DNA from: a virus
Taxonomy: Duplodnaviria > Heunggongvirae > Uroviricota > Caudoviricetes
Direction: 5' to 3' (one strand)
DNA: 64,000 bases
Virus record (IMG/VR): IMGVR_UViG_2690316068_000002
The position numbers and the translations under genes are program-made. Positions 38,511 through 48,020 of this stretch are shown here, piece after piece (position 1 is the stretch's first letter; every line of letters starts with the position of its first letter). The notes below the pieces were generated by a model. It worked only from the letters and a program-made list of their open reading frames with translations. It was not told the origin of the DNA and did no database searches.

Positions 38511-39007
38511 TGGATGACTCCTTTACGAAGCTGTTCAGCAATACTTACGCATATCTCTGCGCCTCTAATCAGCCCCGGAACGTTCTTGTTTGGCCCAACT
38601 TCACCATCAACAAAATCAATCATCGCGTTACGAGCCATATCCACGCCCTGCGCACGTACTTCAGCCAGAAAAGCATCGGTGGCTGGAGTCTCCGTTAATT
38701 CGCTAACCCAATTATCTCCGTGTTCCTCGGCACACATCGCATCGAATGCTCGCTCAGATTCTTTCAGGGCTGCATTCTCCGCCGCTAATGCGTCTCTCTG
38801 CGCTCGCAACTTCTCAATTTCGGCAGCCATGTAGTAACCAACCATAGCGAAAGTGGCGAAAGGGTAGTCAGAATCATCAGGAGATACGGAGGCCATTAGC
38901 AGACCATCGTGCATGTTCTGGCTTCCATCAGTGATGGATACCGCATAAGAATCGCTGGTTTCCCGTTTATACAATACGACGACCGGGTTCTTGATTTTCT
39001 CTCTCAT
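38507..39007 (-). CDS. Hypothetical protein
   Basis: 166 aa ORF. Confidence 0.45.
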   Translation of the reverse strand: MREKIKNPVVVLYKRETSDSYAVSITDGSQNMHDGLLMASVSPDDSDYPFATFAMVGYYMAAEIEKLRAQRDALAAENAALKESERAFDAMCAEEHGDNWVSELTETPATDAFLAEVRAQGVDMARNAMIDFVDGEVGPNKNVPGLIRGAEICVSIAEQLRKGVIQ

Positions 39008-39561
39008 TACGATGCCTCTAACTTATCTAACTCTTTCAGCCCTTCACGTACCGCGTTCACAATGCGTTCCAGATACTGGTATTTCGGGTTTGGTACCGTT
39101 GGCCAGTCGGCATACCACGGATCATCACCAAAGAGATTCAGCAGTTTGTTACCGACGCCGAAACAACAGCAGCTTTCTTTTACGTCATCGGTGTTTTCCG
39201 CCTCGTCCCACATTTCACGAGCCAGTACGGCGTCGATTTCTCTCTCTCTTCGTAACTTTATGATTTCTGACTTCACGAAAAGCAGATTTGCATCGTTGTC
39301 ATCGTCGACCGTGCTTCGCAGTTGAGAGTCGAAATAGCCGATTAGATACTCGTTGCTGACCCGCTTAATGAACGTCTGCACATCATCACCGCCCATAGCA
39401 AACCAAGCCGCAGTCCACGCTTTTCCGTAGCAGATGATGGTGATTCTTCCCTTACCAGGTTCGTAGTTTTCAATCATCACTCGAACCGGATCGAGGCGTT
39501 CCAGATCCGTCAGCACAAAGGAAAGAACATCTATTTTTTCGACCTTCATGCAGCCTCCCAC
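39007..39561 (-). CDS. Hypothetical protein
   Basis: 184 aa ORF. Confidence 0.45.
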   Translation of the reverse strand: MGGCMKVEKIDVLSFVLTDLERLDPVRVMIENYEPGKGRITIICYGKAWTAAWFAMGGDDVQTFIKRVSNEYLIGYFDSQLRSTVDDDNDANLLFVKSEIIKLRREREIDAVLAREMWDEAENTDDVKESCCCFGVGNKLLNLFGDDPWYADWPTVPNPKYQYLERIVNAVREGLKELDKLEAS

Positions 39562-40187
39562 GCGCTCCAGATCAGCGATTTGTGTTTTTCATAACGTTTG
39601 ATGTGTACCGGTTTCAGAAGCGCAATACCTTCAGTGACTTTCGCCATTGCGCTTAATAGCAACGGGTGTTCTATACCTATCCTCTCCATGTACTCGACAA
39701 CATCAGCGTTGGCACCAATCTCTTTGCCGTGAAAGAGTACGTCCAGCATCAGTTCTTTCTCTGCGAGGTAGACAGCTGAAAACTCGGGATCGCGACTCAC
39801 GATAGAAGAGGTATTGTCGAGCAGGTCAGCCAGCTTGATCATGCGCGTCTGCATGTCGAGATTTTGCTCCAGCTCCCGGACATTGATGATGAAACGCTGT
39901 ATTCGATTGCCGTCTTCTGGCCTTGCAATGTTGGTCAGAGCCTGAACCATTTCAGCTACGCGCTCACCGAAGTGATCACGAACCATCTCTATGGTTACAT
40001 GGGTGTCTTCGACCACATCATGCAGAAGCGCCGCGATTTGCATCTCCACGGTTCCGTCATGCAATGCAACAATCTCTCGGACAGCAACCGGGTGGTTGAT
40101 GTAGTCTTCGCCGGTATATTTTCTTTTCTGACCAACGCCACCATGAGCGCCAGCGGCGAACATATGAGCTTCGGAAATACTAGACAT
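39546..40187 (-). CDS. HD-domain phosphohydrolase, SpoT/Mesh1-type small alarmone hydrolase-like
   Basis: 213 aa; INHPVAVREIV...AALLHDVVEDT matches the (p)ppGpp-hydrolase HD motif of SpoT/RelA; no synthetase domain. Confidence 0.7.
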   Translation of the reverse strand: MSSISEAHMFAAGAHGGVGQKRKYTGEDYINHPVAVREIVALHDGTVEMQIAALLHDVVEDTHVTIEMVRDHFGERVAEMVQALTNIARPEDGNRIQRFIINVRELEQNLDMQTRMIKLADLLDNTSSIVSRDPEFSAVYLAEKELMLDVLFHGKEIGANADVVEYMERIGIEHPLLLSAMAKVTEGIALLKPVHIKRYEKHKSLIWSAWEAA

Positions 40188-40306
40188 TCTTAACTCCGTT
40201 GTTTTCTAGTTGTGGTTATTTTCACAAATAAGAAAAGGTAGAAAACAATTTATTTAAGGCCACAACTTATGGCCTTTATTTATTCATGCCGAAGGATTTG
40301 TAGCGT

Positions 40307-40687
40307 CTAATTGCCGGATAAAATGGGGTGAGGTGCTTGCCAGTAGGCTCCACCGGTCCATGTGAACCCCATGCGAATAAGAGTGTTTATTGCGGCTTTG
40401 GTAGACTCCGATTCGACACTGGCTTTTCGAAACTCTTGAACCTCTTTCGCCAACTTGTATGTAATTGTGCAGGGGACGATTGCAGCCCAGCCTTTCTCAT
40501 GACTGTTAATGACCATCTGGATGTGACCATCCAGAATAGGTTGATTAGGCATGTTATTGAAAATGTCTGCCTGTTTTTGAATGTGAAGAAAAAGCCTTGC
40601 CAGCTCCATTTGCTCACTACGAGACAAGGGATTATCAAGAGGGCTTTTTGCAAAAGCGGCTATACGCTGTGCGTCAATGCCAAACAT
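40307..40687 (-). CDS. Hypothetical protein
   Basis: 126 aa ORF. Confidence 0.4.
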   Translation of the reverse strand: MFGIDAQRIAAFAKSPLDNPLSRSEQMELARLFLHIQKQADIFNNMPNQPILDGHIQMVINSHEKGWAAIVPCTITYKLAKEVQEFRKASVESESTKAAINTLIRMGFTWTGGAYWQAPHPILSGN

Positions 40688-41391
40688 CAGCGCACCTCAC
40701 CATCTTTATGGCTGGAGTTAACTTCCGCCATTAAATGTCTGACGTAATCGACAAGAGAGCCACCTGGTGGAATCTGGCATTCCTCAACTAACTGGAAGTA
40801 GATATCCGCTGCATTACGTGTATTGCTACCCGCACATATTCTTTCTTCCCGAAGTGCATGAAGCTCGTTGATCAAACGGTCACACTCTCCGTTACGCTGA
40901 TCCACAACGGCCTCAAGCTCTGCGACGCGTTCACCTGGCGTCTTACCTTCTTTGCGTTGGATGGTAACGACGAAATCGCCAATTGCAGGGACGTTGTAAT
41001 CCAGCTCAAGGTAGTTTTTGGCACCGCTGCGGACGAACTCACCCGCGAACATGGTGGCGAACATCGCAGAGGCCACTTCGCCGTTGAAAAGTGACTCCAG
41101 ATCTAACGGAGTCCCGGCATCAAGAGCCTCTTTTGCTGTATCCATTGCATCCATGAACCGATCAAACTCATTGGCGCGCTTTTCCAGGTTTTTCCATTGC
41201 TCGCTCCAACGTTTGGCAACGAAGTCTATGAATGTTTTCGCGGATTCATCAAAATCCCCCTCAAACTTAACGATGCCTTTATCAATAATGATCTGGCCTA
41301 CCGCATCCTCTGCATAACCTTTCAATGTAAACTTGAAAGGAAAATCAGAATGGCCTGTGACGTTAAAATGCTCTAACTGGAGGTTGTTCAT
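40687..41391 (-). CDS. Hypothetical protein
   Basis: 234 aa ORF. Confidence 0.45.
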   Translation of the reverse strand: MNNLQLEHFNVTGHSDFPFKFTLKGYAEDAVGQIIIDKGIVKFEGDFDESAKTFIDFVAKRWSEQWKNLEKRANEFDRFMDAMDTAKEALDAGTPLDLESLFNGEVASAMFATMFAGEFVRSGAKNYLELDYNVPAIGDFVVTIQRKEGKTPGERVAELEAVVDQRNGECDRLINELHALREERICAGSNTRNAADIYFQLVEECQIPPGGSLVDYVRHLMAEVNSSHKDGEVR

Positions 41392-41452
41392 GTGTTTTTC
41401 TCTTATCGTTTAGTAACTACATTCTTACACAAATTAGGTAAGTATTTACCTA

Positions 41453-43138
41453 TCATTTAACGCGTTTGAAAACGTATACGCTGACTGTGATCCCTGTGTC
41501 TTCAAACTCGTTGGTAAACGACTTCCCTCTGGCATAAACGTAATTATCCATCGTCATCCAGTCCAGTATTGGCGCAGTGCCCGGCAATACTGCTACAAGA
41601 CGCCCGCCGACTTTCAGATGCCCCAGCGCAGCCAGCGTGTGCTCTCTATGACGACCAAGCGAGTACGGCGGGTTCATAACGATTTTGTCGAACTGATAAC
41701 CTACGTTGTCCTCAGACCACTTTATGAAGTCGCAGCAAATCGTGTTCGTATACCCTTTTCCGCGCAGGATATCAGCGAAGAGAGGTGCGATTTCTATGCA
41801 GGTAACATCTTCCAGATCGGCGTTGATATAGGCCAGAAGATCCCCACGTCCGGCTTGAGGCTCCAGCAGCTTCTCACCAGACTTCAATTCAGTGGCTCTG
41901 GCAACGTACTCAGCAATCAAGCGTGGGGTAGGGTAGAACTGGTGTGATTTTGTATCCGGTATTAATCCGGTAGCCACAATCGTATTTAGCGTATGGCCGA
42001 TCTCATACGGGAACTGCCAGTGCTTTTTCTCCTGCACGCCGCCAATGAAGCTCAGTGTGCGCTCAAGCTCTTCCACCTGCGACTTCTGGAGAGCTGAATC
42101 AGAGAAGTACCATACGCCTTTGTCTTTGCTTAATCGCCCGTCACGAAGCGCAGTGCGAACCGGCACGGAGATCGTCTTCTGGATTAACCCGAACTGCTTT
42201 GGTGCCCGTGTTTTTGGCGCGGTGCGACATGGCGCGGGGATTGCAGCAGGCATACTGTAAGCCAGCACCTCATTCAACTTCCAGGCCACGTCAGGATGTA
42301 TTTCAAAGTGAACGTTGCCGTTCTTGAACATCTTCACGCGCATTAGATTTCCATCGACGTTCATCCAGTCACCGGTCTGGCAGTCGTTTGCCCGATACGC
42401 AGCTGATAGCACCTCAGCAGTGCGGTTGATGGTAATAAATTCTTTGTGCGCGAAGAAATGAAGCAAGACACGCAGATCGTCGATATAGTCCTCTTTGCGA
42501 TAGTTCACACTAACGCTGTCCCGCCAGAAATCAGAAATGCAGTCAGCGATTATCAGACGTTCGCTGAAACCGTTTGTCTTATTTGTCTTGTGCGCAGGAC
42601 TCAGCGCCTTAAACAAGCCATACACGCGCTCAGAGAGATATTTGTGCCTGTCATTCAGCAAATTAAGCATCGTGGGTATGACCGTTTCTGCTTTGAACTC
42701 CGGTACACCAACGAACTCTTTAACCTTCATCTGGTAGCCGGTTCTGTCAGTTTTGATGACTTCCTGTTTGCCCTCTATAAACTGCTCGCGCCACTCATCT
42801 CGACGGGAAGCTGGCATGATCAGCAAAACGTTAGTCATGTCCGTGACCTTCCTCCAGTACTCGGCCCAAATATTCTGTTTCACCCATTCCAGATCGACTT
42901 TATCCAACCAACCTCGATTTAAACGCGAGCGATCTTCATCTGGTCGATGGTTTAGTCTCAGCAGGCGATTAATCATGTTGTGGCGTTCGTCGCCATAAAC
43001 GAAGTCGTGTACCTGATACATGAAGGCGATCTCTTTCTCGCACTCGGCCACAATTTCGTGGATGACGTTCATTTCCTGCCGATAGTCGATAGCAGTGTTT
43101 GAGTTGGCATCGTCGATGATGGAAAGGGCTGTATTCAT
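41453..43138 (-). CDS. DNA methyltransferase (amino-MTase, NPPY motif) with large N-terminal domain
   Basis: 561 aa; C-terminal AdoMet-binding-like EPQAGRGDL followed by catalytic NPPY. Confidence 0.65.
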   Translation of the reverse strand: MNTALSIIDDANSNTAIDYRQEMNVIHEIVAECEKEIAFMYQVHDFVYGDERHNMINRLLRLNHRPDEDRSRLNRGWLDKVDLEWVKQNIWAEYWRKVTDMTNVLLIMPASRRDEWREQFIEGKQEVIKTDRTGYQMKVKEFVGVPEFKAETVIPTMLNLLNDRHKYLSERVYGLFKALSPAHKTNKTNGFSERLIIADCISDFWRDSVSVNYRKEDYIDDLRVLLHFFAHKEFITINRTAEVLSAAYRANDCQTGDWMNVDGNLMRVKMFKNGNVHFEIHPDVAWKLNEVLAYSMPAAIPAPCRTAPKTRAPKQFGLIQKTISVPVRTALRDGRLSKDKGVWYFSDSALQKSQVEELERTLSFIGGVQEKKHWQFPYEIGHTLNTIVATGLIPDTKSHQFYPTPRLIAEYVARATELKSGEKLLEPQAGRGDLLAYINADLEDVTCIEIAPLFADILRGKGYTNTICCDFIKWSEDNVGYQFDKIVMNPPYSLGRHREHTLAALGHLKVGGRLVAVLPGTAPILDWMTMDNYVYARGKSFTNEFEDTGITVSVYVFKRVK

Positions 43139-43241
43139 AATTGCACCATTAAGAAGTGATTTGTTTAATGGTGCAATTATTTCAAAAATGAAAAGGTACT
43201 AAATAGAAATAAACAGGCAATCCTTCAAATAAAGGCATTGG

Positions 43242-43913
43242 CTAATCATACTTGGAGGTATTTATCACCAGAATTTTGTTTGTATAAATCTTCTTAATAT
43301 CCCATGTGACATTACCGGAATACCATTGACCGTTATATACTTGGTTTCCAGTTGCACCTGTCATTGTTACATAGACAGGTCTGTCGTAATCGGTTCGTCT
43401 ATAGTTATATACCCCAACCATAGCAGGCATTACCGCACATGGATACCCCATATCTATTGTAAATTGAGGGTCAGAAATAGTGATAAGTTTCGCATCAAGG
43501 GGCATCATCTCACCGTGATACACCATTGCGCCTGCGCTGTTATACATGGCAATGCCATAGCCAGAATGTGGTAACACCATATCAGAAAAAGCATAAACTG
43601 TTATTGTTCCGGGGCTACCATTTACCTGATGCAATCTGAGAGCATTGTATCCGTTACTATGCTCATGAATAAACATCATGTTCGCCTTATTACTGCTTTT
43701 TATGAAGAAAAAGCATGATTTGTTTGATGGGATTGATGTTTGAAAAACAGAACCTTTAGATGTAGACATTGTCCCTTTATTAATCAGATTTTGCGGAGTA
43801 AATTCTGGACTCATCCACAAACTTCCATCTGATTGAGTAATTGACATCCCGAACATAATTATCCCCAGTATGTGTATATGTAAGAACCAAGCCCCGTATA
43901 TAAATTTGACCAA
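43242..43913 (-). CDS. Hypothetical protein (AT-rich island)
   Basis: 223 aa ORF in low-GC DNA; overlaps the next ORF in another frame. Confidence 0.4.
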   Translation of the reverse strand: MVKFIYGAWFLHIHILGIIMFGMSITQSDGSLWMSPEFTPQNLINKGTMSTSKGSVFQTSIPSNKSCFFFIKSSNKANMMFIHEHSNGYNALRLHQVNGSPGTITVYAFSDMVLPHSGYGIAMYNSAGAMVYHGEMMPLDAKLITISDPQFTIDMGYPCAVMPAMVGVYNYRRTDYDRPVYVTMTGATGNQVYNGQWYSGNVTWDIKKIYTNKILVINTSKYD

Positions 43914-44140
43914 CTAACCGTATTTCCATTAATAGTAACTGTTGGAACAGGTAAATTAATGTAGTTGTCGTTGTTAAGAGGCATCAATGACCACACGGCA
44001 TGTAGCGATTTACCCGGTGGCGGATTGGAGTACGTCTTAGAGCCTGATGACGCAGTAAATCGATCAAGAAAAAAAATAGGAGTAAGGAAGCCAGTAACGT
44101 TAATTCCTTTATTGTTGTAAATCCCTGTACCGTATGCCAT
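43859..44140 (-). CDS. Hypothetical protein (AT-rich island)
   Basis: 93 aa ORF; 55-nt out-of-frame overlap with 43242-43913. Confidence 0.35.
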   Translation of the reverse strand: MAYGTGIYNNKGINVTGFLTPIFFLDRFTASSGSKTYSNPPPGKSLHAVWSLMPLNNDNYINLPVPTVTINGNTVSWSNLYTGLGSYIYTYWG

Positions 44141-44195
44141 TTTTCATCCTTGTTTTTTATCAACACAATATGGCCGATCATGCGGCCATATCAGA

Positions 44196-44765
44196 TCAAT
44201 TAGAGCTTTGAAAGGCTTTGTGTGGCTGTGTTGCGAGGTTATGTCGATGGCTTAACTCACGCATCATGTCTTCAAGCCGACTCTTTGTGTCGTCGAGTTG
44301 GTCGGCCATTGCTCCCAAAAGCTGACGAACGGCCATCGGATCATCGCTGTTTAGTGATGGCATTTTATAACCCGCCTGAGAAGACATAAGATTGAACGCA
44401 GACATCAACATCGTTAGAGAGGATGTAAGCCCAGCAATTTCACGATCTTTGCTGGCAATAATCGCCTCACTCTTGTTAGTGTCATCAGTTCGTTGAGTCT
44501 CGCTCACCATATCCAAAGTCGCCTGCAACTTATCAGCGCGCTCTTTTTCAGCAAGATAATGAACACCGAAATGATGTGCTAAAGCTACAACCTGAGTTGG
44601 CTCTTCAAAGGTGGACTCAAAATTAAGTGCTGTAACCACTCTCTCAAATATGGAAACGTCTTCTATTCCTCGAAGAATGGCTAACATTTTGACCAGTTCA
44701 TTAGCATCCATTTCTTCGAATAAGGCGTTTTGTTCATCAGCTATCGCTTTGCATTTCTTGCACAT
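44196..44765 (-). CDS. Hypothetical protein
   Basis: 189 aa ORF; motif-1 upstream (44781-44820). Confidence 0.5.
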   Translation of the reverse strand: MCKKCKAIADEQNALFEEMDANELVKMLAILRGIEDVSIFERVVTALNFESTFEEPTQVVALAHHFGVHYLAEKERADKLQATLDMVSETQRTDDTNKSEAIIASKDREIAGLTSSLTMLMSAFNLMSSQAGYKMPSLNSDDPMAVRQLLGAMADQLDDTKSRLEDMMRELSHRHNLATQPHKAFQSSN

Positions 44766-44780
44766 GTGTTTTTCCTAATG

Positions 44781-44820
44781 CTTAAACAAGTTGTTTTCTT
44801 ATTGGCTTTATTGTGATGTG
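44781..44820. promoter_or_regulatory. Palindromic upstream motif family 1, representative copy
   Basis: cttAAACAAgTTGTTTtcttattggctttattgtgatg; AAACAA-N-TTGTTT inverted repeat about 20-45 bp upstream of the start codon. Confidence 0.5.
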
Positions 44821-45062
44821 GCATAAAAGGGGAGCAAGCTAAACGTAAAGGTGCAAACTCTCTATTTCGGTCAACGAAACACAAGGGCCATTTGGCCCTT
44901 GTCATTAACACGTTGCTTTACGGACTAGCGGATAAGCGAAGTAGATCGCCAGACCAATGAGGACGCCATCAGAAATGACAGACATCATCTTTCCCGTAAA
45001 ATCCACCAACACCGCCATCACCAGAAGAGCAATGACGGTCACAAGCCGGAATCTCTCAAGCA

Positions 45063-45488
45063 TTAGAGATAAGCATCCAGTGACAACTGAAGCGCCTGTG
45101 CGATCTTTTTCAGGGCCAGCTCTTCTTGTTCGCCAATACCGTCTTGGTCGGCAATATCAAGGCACAGACACAGTACATCTACTGCATCATTAGTCCCGGC
45201 CACATCAGCCAGCTCACGTAAAGCCTGGGCATTAGCGCGGCGCGGTGAGGCTTCGTATTGAGCACGGATATTGGCGCTCATTTGGGCAATCTCACCAGCA
45301 AACGGAGAAAACGCAGGCAGAGCTGCAATTGTTTTCTCAAGAATGGAAATTTCCTTTGCGTCGCATGTGCCATCGGCATAGGAGATCATGTACGCGCCCC
45401 ACACGGTGGCTTCAACCGCATCTCGGTTCTCCATTTTTTTGACCTCGATAACAGCTTTACGAGTTTTCTTTTTGAATAAACCTAACAT
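45063..45488 (-). CDS. TerB-like domain protein
   Basis: 141 aa; helical pattern and acidic motifs resembling tellurite-resistance TerB-family proteins; motif-1 upstream (45511-45535). Confidence 0.55.
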   Translation of the reverse strand: MLGLFKKKTRKAVIEVKKMENRDAVEATVWGAYMISYADGTCDAKEISILEKTIAALPAFSPFAGEIAQMSANIRAQYEASPRRANAQALRELADVAGTNDAVDVLCLCLDIADQDGIGEQEELALKKIAQALQLSLDAYL

Positions 45489-45581
45489 GTGCTTTCCTTT
45501 TGTTATTTGTTAAAACAAGTTGTTTTCTAGTTACATGAATTGCTTACGAAAAGACGGTCAATGCATATGCACTAACAACCG

Positions 45582-45779
45582 TCAGAAATAACCAAGTACC
45601 GAACCGACTGGAAAAACAAAAATCCCAACAACACGAGCCAAGGTCATACCAGCCTGAAACTGGAGATCACCAGAGCAAACGAGTTTTACAATGTTCGATA
45701 CCCAACCGGCGGCCATGAGAGCTATGAAAGCCAGAATCGCCAGCCAAGTTTTTCCAAAGTGATTTGAAAACCAGTTCAT
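45582..45779 (-). CDS. Small membrane protein (two predicted TM helices)
   Basis: 65 aa with two hydrophobic stretches. Confidence 0.5.
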   Translation of the reverse strand: MNWFSNHFGKTWLAILAFIALMAAGWVSNIVKLVCSGDLQFQAGMTLARVVGIFVFPVGSVLGYF

Positions 45780-46027
45780 ACAACCGCCTTAGTCACAGCA
45801 TGATCCTGAGTAACTGGATGAACTTGAGGTATCGCATCCACCGTCATCCCATCCAGAGTGACAGGACGCTCTACTGGAGTGGTGGTAATTGTCGTCGACG
45901 GAGGTGTGGTGATGGATGAACCCGGCATCAAAAGGCTCTGGCCGGCTGGAACGGCTACCGTCGCCAGTGAAACTATAATGAGAACGTAGGCCATTGGTTT
46001 CAGCCTCTTTCTTTGAAAATTTTCCAT
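45776..46027 (-). CDS. Membrane-anchored Pro/Thr-rich protein
   Basis: 83 aa; N-terminal TM segment then PPSTTITTTP linker. Confidence 0.4.
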   Translation of the reverse strand: MENFQRKRLKPMAYVLIIVSLATVAVPAGQSLLMPGSSITTPPSTTITTTPVERPVTLDGMTVDAIPQVHPVTQDHAVTKAVV

Positions 46028-46283
46028 TCGAACTGTCCTTGTTGTTTTTCTCCTTCACTAAAGGCCGTGTACTTTTCGCTTCGCGTGAAGAACCAGAGGT
46101 AACAATCGCCCCCACGTTCGCAACAACTGACGCTTGCTTATCTAAACGTTCATTCAGCAACCGAACGGCAGTCTCTAGTTCATCAAGACGTGACAGAACA
46201 CGACCGCTAAATAATTCGGCCAAAATTTGACGTAGTGAACGAGGACGTTTAGTTGCAGAAGTGAAATAGGTTTGACGTGCCAT
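45789..46283 (-). CDS. Hypothetical protein (boundaries uncertain)
   Basis: 164 aa ORF whose N-terminal ~85 aa look protein-like; C-terminal part is low-complexity and overlaps 45776-46027 out of frame. Confidence 0.3.
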   Translation of the reverse strand: MARQTYFTSATKRPRSLRQILAELFSGRVLSRLDELETAVRLLNERLDKQASVVANVGAIVTSGSSREAKSTRPLVKEKNNKDSSNGKFSKKEAETNGLRSHYSFTGDGSRSSRPEPFDAGFIHHHTSVDDNYHHSSRASCHSGWDDGGCDTSSSSSYSGSCCD

Positions 46284-46428
46284 GTGGACTCCATCCAGTG
46301 TCAGAAAGAGTTGCGGCTGGCGATTGCCAGCCGCCTTTCTCGTTCCATCCTGGAACTGTGTCTTACCGACACATTGTCATCCTGACGCCGATAAGATACA
46401 TGATTTAAAATGATAGGTAAACACTTAC

Positions 46429-47022
46429 TTACTGCTTGTTGTAAACAAAACCAATATCTTTCTTGTGAGGCATATCTGCTGCGGAAAAAGCTGCGATCTT
46501 CGCGAGTCGATCACATATTTCATTTTCACGATGCCCGGCGTGACCTTTAACCCACTTCCAGCGAACATTATGTCGACTTGCAGCCTCATCCAGACGCTTC
46601 CACAGATCAACATTCTTTACCGGTTTTTTATCAGAAGTCATCCATCCATTACGTTTCCACCATTTCATCCACTGTGTCATGCCGTTTTTCAGATACTGGC
46701 TATCAGAGTACAAAATAACGTTGCATGGATATTTCAAACGCTCCAGCCCGATAAGTGCGCCCATCATCTCCATGCGGTTATTGGTGGTGCTATGAAAACC
46801 ATCTGAGAACTCGCGTTCCTCACCACGATACTGGAGAACGATACCGTAACCGCCCGGGCCACCCGGATTTTTAAGGCAAGAGCCATCACTAAAGATTTTC
46901 ACGGTTTTGAGCTGGGGATTGAACTCTACGACAGGCGTTGTGGGATTGGTGCGGGGAGATTTTTTGTTTTTGGCTTTTTTGCGAGTTTTTGCTTGCGATC
47001 GGGCTGGTGTCTTCGTCGTCAT
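46429..47022 (-). CDS. Ribonuclease H (RNase HI-like) with basic N-terminal extension
   Basis: Core IFSDGSC...GYG..L..R....S.TTNNRMEM...Y.DS.Y matches RNase HI active-site architecture; start placed at the Met preceded by GGAG. Confidence 0.75.
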   Translation of the reverse strand: MTTKTPARSQAKTRKKAKNKKSPRTNPTTPVVEFNPQLKTVKIFSDGSCLKNPGGPGGYGIVLQYRGEEREFSDGFHSTTNNRMEMMGALIGLERLKYPCNVILYSDSQYLKNGMTQWMKWWKRNGWMTSDKKPVKNVDLWKRLDEAASRHNVRWKWVKGHAGHRENEICDRLAKIAAFSAADMPHKKDIGFVYNKQ

Positions 47023-47074
47023 ATAAACTCCTGAATCAAGCGCCGCGCCGATTTTTTCCTCGCGCGTGCGCACA

Positions 47075-47604
47075 CGCGTGCGTGTTAATAATTATTAAAA
47101 TAAACAAATTACTTCCCAGAACAGGTTTTTATAAACCTGAACTGAACGAACGAAGTGAGTGAAGTTCACCTCGAACGAAGTGAGAGGTTGTCTTTTCAGG
47201 TAATACTCTCCCAGGGAGGTGAGTATAAAATTCCTCACCAACCTGGTCGTTTCATAACCTGAAAAGCTATGGTCTAAGTCTACTGCCAGCTTAGACTTGG
47301 GAAGTTATGGATGACAGCACCCCAGAACCGAGATCTTCCCACACTTTATGAAGGGGAGTACTGGATTCAACCTCTCGAAACACCCCAGACTCGACAATCA
47401 TAAAGTGACCCTTGTCTCTGCTCACTTTGGTTCCCCCTTCCCCGACACCTAAACGGCACCGGTTCTACGCTGGTAGTGAGCTTTTTTAAACCTGACGCCA
47501 GTGACGCTTACCCCCACCCATCAGGTCGAGTCTCCAGTCTACGACTGGAAACTATCAGATCTTAGCACTTACAATTCACTTTATAAATAGTTTGTACTTA
47601 TCTA
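47075..47604. other. 530-bp intergenic region without ORFs
   Basis: Direct repeats (cgaacgaagtgag x2), hairpins (ggtgag...ctcacc), C-rich tracts; no ORF of 60 aa or more on either strand. Confidence 0.5.
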
Positions 47605-47859
47605 TCATTGTGATTGATTATTTTCTCGACCATGTAGTTGAACATTCAAGGCAAACACCTCATTGATCAACTCACCTAAAAGCTGTTCAACAAGTTCGCG
47701 ATGCTCGCCAAGATGCAAGCACTTAATTGCCCACTCGTACAAGTTGAAAGCCTGCTCACGATCTTTCATCATTTCACGAGCCTGGGCCAGAAAATCGCTC
47801 TCTACGAGCGCAACGACATTAGTCGGGTATGACATGTTGGTTTCCTTAAAGTGGTTCAT
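47605..47859 (-). CDS. Hypothetical protein
   Basis: 84 aa ORF. Confidence 0.45.
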   Translation of the reverse strand: MNHFKETNMSYPTNVVALVESDFLAQAREMMKDREQAFNLYEWAIKCLHLGEHRELVEQLLGELINEVFALNVQLHGRENNQSQ

Positions 47860-47940
47860 AAAATCGATTTTAAAGCGTCTGGGAAGGGGTTCTAGTGGAT
47901 TCTGTAGTGATGTTCAGGTCTGGAGTCTCTGATACAAAAC

Positions 47941-47999
47941 AGCCTGCTTCCGTATATTAATAATTAATATGTAGTTATTTATATATACAGAAGCAGGCT
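47941..47999. repeat. 59-bp AT-rich palindromic element, copy 2
   Basis: agcctgcttccgtatat...atatatacagaagcaggct; same arms as the copy at 15551-15609. Confidence 0.8.
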
Positions 48000-48020
48000 A
48001 ATTACAGACGCCAGAACAAA

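Noticed and set aside
47075-47604. tRNA or tmRNA gene in the 530-bp intergenic region, and elsewhere in the window
   Set aside because: No cloverleaf with a GTTCRANYC-type T-loop and matching acceptor stem could be found by eye; a tRNAscan run would be needed to be definitive.
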